The notes beneath the pieces were generated by a model, which was not told where the DNA came from, searched no databases, and saw only the letters and a list, made by a program, of their open reading frames with translations. A stretch of 63,216 bases of DNA, counting the filler, from Basidiobolus ranarum (taxonomy: Eukaryota): NCBI GenBank assembly GCA_040143965.1. It is 38 parts of 38 records of this genome, joined end to end, with 100 filler letters (N's around TTAATTAATTAA, not from the genome) between each part and the next. Parts side by side here need not be neighbours in the genome. Positions count along the whole stretch, not along the records: positions 59,999 to 61,557 come from JASJQH010011720.1; positions 61,658 to 63,216 come from JASJQH010011721.1; 36 more parts are not named here. One strand, given 5' to 3'. Position 1 is the first letter of the stretch. Every line of letters starts with the position of its first letter. Shown one piece after another: positions 59,999 through 63,216 of this stretch. The translations under genes were made by a program, and so were the position numbers.

Positions 59999-61557
59999 GA
60001 ATCAACATTCTTCCAGCTAACTGGAGGATACCTTGCAATATTGTGCCAATCTGTATTAAGTTCTTCACAGATTTCTGCACAGTAAACACCAGACTGAATG
60101 TCAAATTGAATGTCCTACTTCTCAAGCCACTTTCTGCATACTTGCACTGTGTTTTCCCTTCATACTTTTGAAAATACTACTCCAGCACTTTGACTATTTT
60201 TGTATATCCTTGTAGTGTGACACCACTGAGGGTGCTTTGCAGTGTTTGTTTGGCTTTTTGCTTGCCTTTACCTTTGGGCTAATTTCAACACTTTAAAAAG
60301 TACCAGTTGAGATTGAAGAGCCATTGTAGTGTTAGAAATATTCCAATCGTATCTTGCACATAATAAGCAGGAAGAAAATTATTGATTGCTATCTTATAAT
60401 ACTCTATAGATCAAGAAAAAGAACAAGTATATTCAATTGCTCATAGTCACATTAATATTACAGTAGTTCAAGCTGCAATCAAAACCTCTAAATTAGAGCT
60501 TTTTAACAATGCAAGAATCATAAGATTTGATCAAATATTGGTGGAGCTACAACCATTTTAAAATTGCCAACACAAAAATCAACACAAGCATATATTCAGA
60601 ACACAGGAATTCAGCACCTCAAGATGCTCACAAAATCAGTGCTAACCTTTGAGCCAGTTAACAGATTCTCTTCAAATTTTGCACATAGCTGCAACAATAC
60701 TTGATGCTGATGTGTTGAAAGTTTCATAGCCTTAGCTGCTATATTAGTGATTGTATTGACACTTCAATTCTAAGCCACCCACTCATAGCTTTTATTTTCA
60801 GCCACCCACTCATAGCATTTATTCTCAGCCATCAATTCATAGCATTTATGCTAAGCTCTTTCTTTATATAAGCAACCCTTCCCCCTATTGAAAAAGCTTC
60901 TAGCCTTAGCACCATTCAAAACTGCACCATAATCTTTATCCTTTCCTTAACTAGATATTCTACCATATATCATAGTAAGATAATAATGATTCCTATTGCA
61001 ACTCAACTAGGCTTGGCTGTAGAAGATTGCAGTACAGATTCTTTCATAGTTATCTTCACTTTTACAGCCATAGAATATATCCAACTCTTAATCAAAGTCT
61101 TTGCCAATCTCAAAAGAACTATATCTTATTCTTCAGACTTCTAGTTAGAGAAACCACCAGAGTTATATCTACCCTTGTAGTATTGAGGATATTTGATAGT
61201 TCTATTATCAGAAATAATCTTTTCTCATAAAGTCTTCAAGCTATTGACACACTAAAGTGTGTCTTTACCCTTTAAAGATAGAGTGAAGAATATATCTCCT
61301 ATCAATATTTTTAAGCTTACAGTATAAAAAATTCAGCTTTGCTGGAGATTTGTAGTGGGATTAAGCTTTATTACTGAATATTTAAGTTAACACCCCTATC
61401 CCACACTAAACCATGAGTTTTATTTGCTGGTGTTTTAGCTTGTTGAGAGGTGCCAGGTGTTGGATAAACTTCCAAATTTAGCACTCTTCCAACTGGTGTA
61501 CCTGGTTCCATGGTGAAATTAAGCTTTTTTGCCAGTATATCTGACTCTGGAAATGCA
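59999..61557 (-). mobile_element. CACTA-like ORF2 3' region interrupted by a solo LTR
   Basis: 60185-60324 and 61411-61557 are contiguous in the reverse complement of 21350-21633. Confidence 0.8.
60325..61410 (+). repeat. 1086-bp solo LTR-like insertion with 4-bp TSD CCAT
   Basis: TGTAGTG...CACTAAA termini; CCAT at 60321-60324 and 61411-61414; ~27-bp tandem repeats at ~60770-60855 followed by TATATAA. Confidence 0.8.
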
Positions 61558-61657
61558 NNNNNNNNNNNNNNNNNNNNNNNNNNNNNNNNNNNNNNNNNNN
61601 NTTAATTAATTAANNNNNNNNNNNNNNNNNNNNNNNNNNNNNNNNNNNNNNNNNNNN

Positions 61658-63216
61658 GTATATTCTCCACCATTATCAGTACGCATTTTCTTGATTTTAG
61701 TTCCAGTTTCAGTCTCCATAAGTGTTTTAAAATCTCCAAAGATAGAGAGAGCTTCTTCTTTTCTTTCCATAAAGTAGACCCAAGTGTATCTTGTATAATC
61801 ATCAATAAATGTGATTAAACATCATTGTTGGCCAAAAGATAAATTTTGCATAGGTCCACACAAATCTGAATGAATTAGATCCAATTTTTTGACAGATTTG
61901 CTCAAATCAGAGCTCTTGAACAGTTGCCTGGCTTGTTTTACATATATACAACCCTCACAAATTTCCATTTTGGTTGGGGGGTTAATTTGAATTCCAGATA
62001 TTAGGTGATTTTTGATCATTTTGCACAAATAATCAAATCCAATATGGCCAAATCTCTTATGCCATAATTGAGTAGTTTCTTGATTGAAATAACTTATATT
62101 AACACATAAATCTCTTGGAATATATGTAAGTTTGTACAAGTTTTGATCCTTTTCTCCTGAAGCTAAATAATTCCCAATTTGATCAGTGATGGTGTATCCT
62201 GACTTATCAAAATTGAATTTTAGCCCTTCTGAGGTGACCTTGAATACAGAGATTATATTCTTGGCAATATCTGGAACATGTAGTACATCCTTAAAAGTAT
62301 ATACTTTCTTTTCACAAGCTCCAGTTAAATTGACTTGAATTGTTCCCATTCTGATAGCATCCAATGTGTGGTCATCTCCCATGAAAACCTTTCTAATTGG
62401 GATTTCTTCATATTCCACAAAGCAATGTTTTTCATTTATGAAATGTTGGGAAGCTCCAGAAGCAATATACCACATCTGAGGATCCTTGTTGGTAGTCATA
62501 GATAGAGAAGATATGAACAAGTGATCTTCTGTTGTAACCACATTTTCAGATTCAGTATGTTTATCTTGTTTTGCAATTCTTTCAAAGCAATCTTTGCTTA
62601 AATTGCCAGTTCTTTTACAGTAATCATAGAATGTGTTACTTTCTTCTTAAAGTGCTTTTGACCTTTATAGGAAGGTTTCCCATAGCCTATTAATGCATTG
62701 TCTTCATTCTTTTGGTTGAGTCCTGATTTGTGTAAATCTTCATCCAGAAGTCTGCCAAATACTTAATTTAAGGTCAAATTTTCAGCTCTTGATTCTAGAG
62801 CCATTACTAAGCTCTGAAACTTGTGTGGTAGGCTATTCAGGACTCTAACTATGATATCTTCATCAGTGGTAGGTACTCCAATGCATTCCATTTCATCCAC
62901 TAAAATAGTGACTCTAATAATTAATGATATAATGTCTTCTCCTAGCTTCATCTTCAAGTTAAAGAATTGTCTTCTTTGAAACATCTTGTTGGCAGCAGAA
63001 CTTGCTTGGTATGTGTCTTCCAAGGCTTTCCATGCCTTCTTGGCAGTTTTAGCTCTTCAACATTCAATTAGTAATTTGTCTTTGACATTAAGATAAATTG
63101 TGTTAAAGGCACTTTGTTCTTTTTTAACCTGGAGTAAAACTTAGGTTTCAGATAGTTTTGCATTGTTTTCTTCTCCTACAACAGTGTCCCAAAGTCCTTT
63201 TTCTTGCAGCAGCATT
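61658..63216 (-). mobile_element. Copia gag, protease, GAG-pre-integrase and integrase start
   Basis: VLNSLP, CKRTG..SKDC, WYIASGASQH (protease Asp lost), LWHKRFGH, CEGC, LIHSDLCGP, TDNGGEY. Confidence 0.96.

Noticed and set aside
1575-61657. Regularly spaced identical TTAATTAATTAA motif resembling a CRISPR-like or periodic array
   Set aside because: Artificial stop-codon linker inside N runs joining length-sorted contigs.

Overview
This is not one locus. It is 38 unrelated short contigs (1574 down to 1559 bp, sorted by length) joined by an artificial 100-bp linker (N44-TTAATTAATTAA-N44), so adjacency across linkers is meaningless and ORFs running into X are artefacts. The DNA is AT-rich and eukaryotic (spliceosomal intron, TATA/AATAAA, C2H2 factor) and most consistent with an early-diverging fungus; a Basidiobolus-like organism is an inference only. 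Most contigs are nested, CpG-decayed transposon fragments: several Ty1/copia families (four LTR types; PBS matching the tRNAiMet anticodon arm), Ty3/gypsy pieces, a multi-copy CACTA/EnSpm-type element with a divergent second ORF, a PIF/Harbinger element and a 180-bp MITE. Host genes include a complete 62-aa secreted 6-Cys prepropeptide, a tandem pair of Cys-bounded repeat proteins, a CHASE-PAS histidine kinase with a degenerate ATP-binding domain, a Crz1-like zinc finger, a GH20 hexosaminidase, a 2OG-Fe(II) oxygenase, a spliced small secreted protein, an NRPS-like pseudogene and tRNA-Thr(CGT). The most unusual signal is three related families of 5'-truncated elements. Each ends in AATAAAG - CACC-N4-GGTG hairpin - C-run-TAACC, and they are stacked head-to-tail through CCTAA microhomology, suggesting telomere-repeat-primed terminal retrotransposition. 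All family assignments come from motif recognition by eye, and boundaries of decayed elements are approximate.
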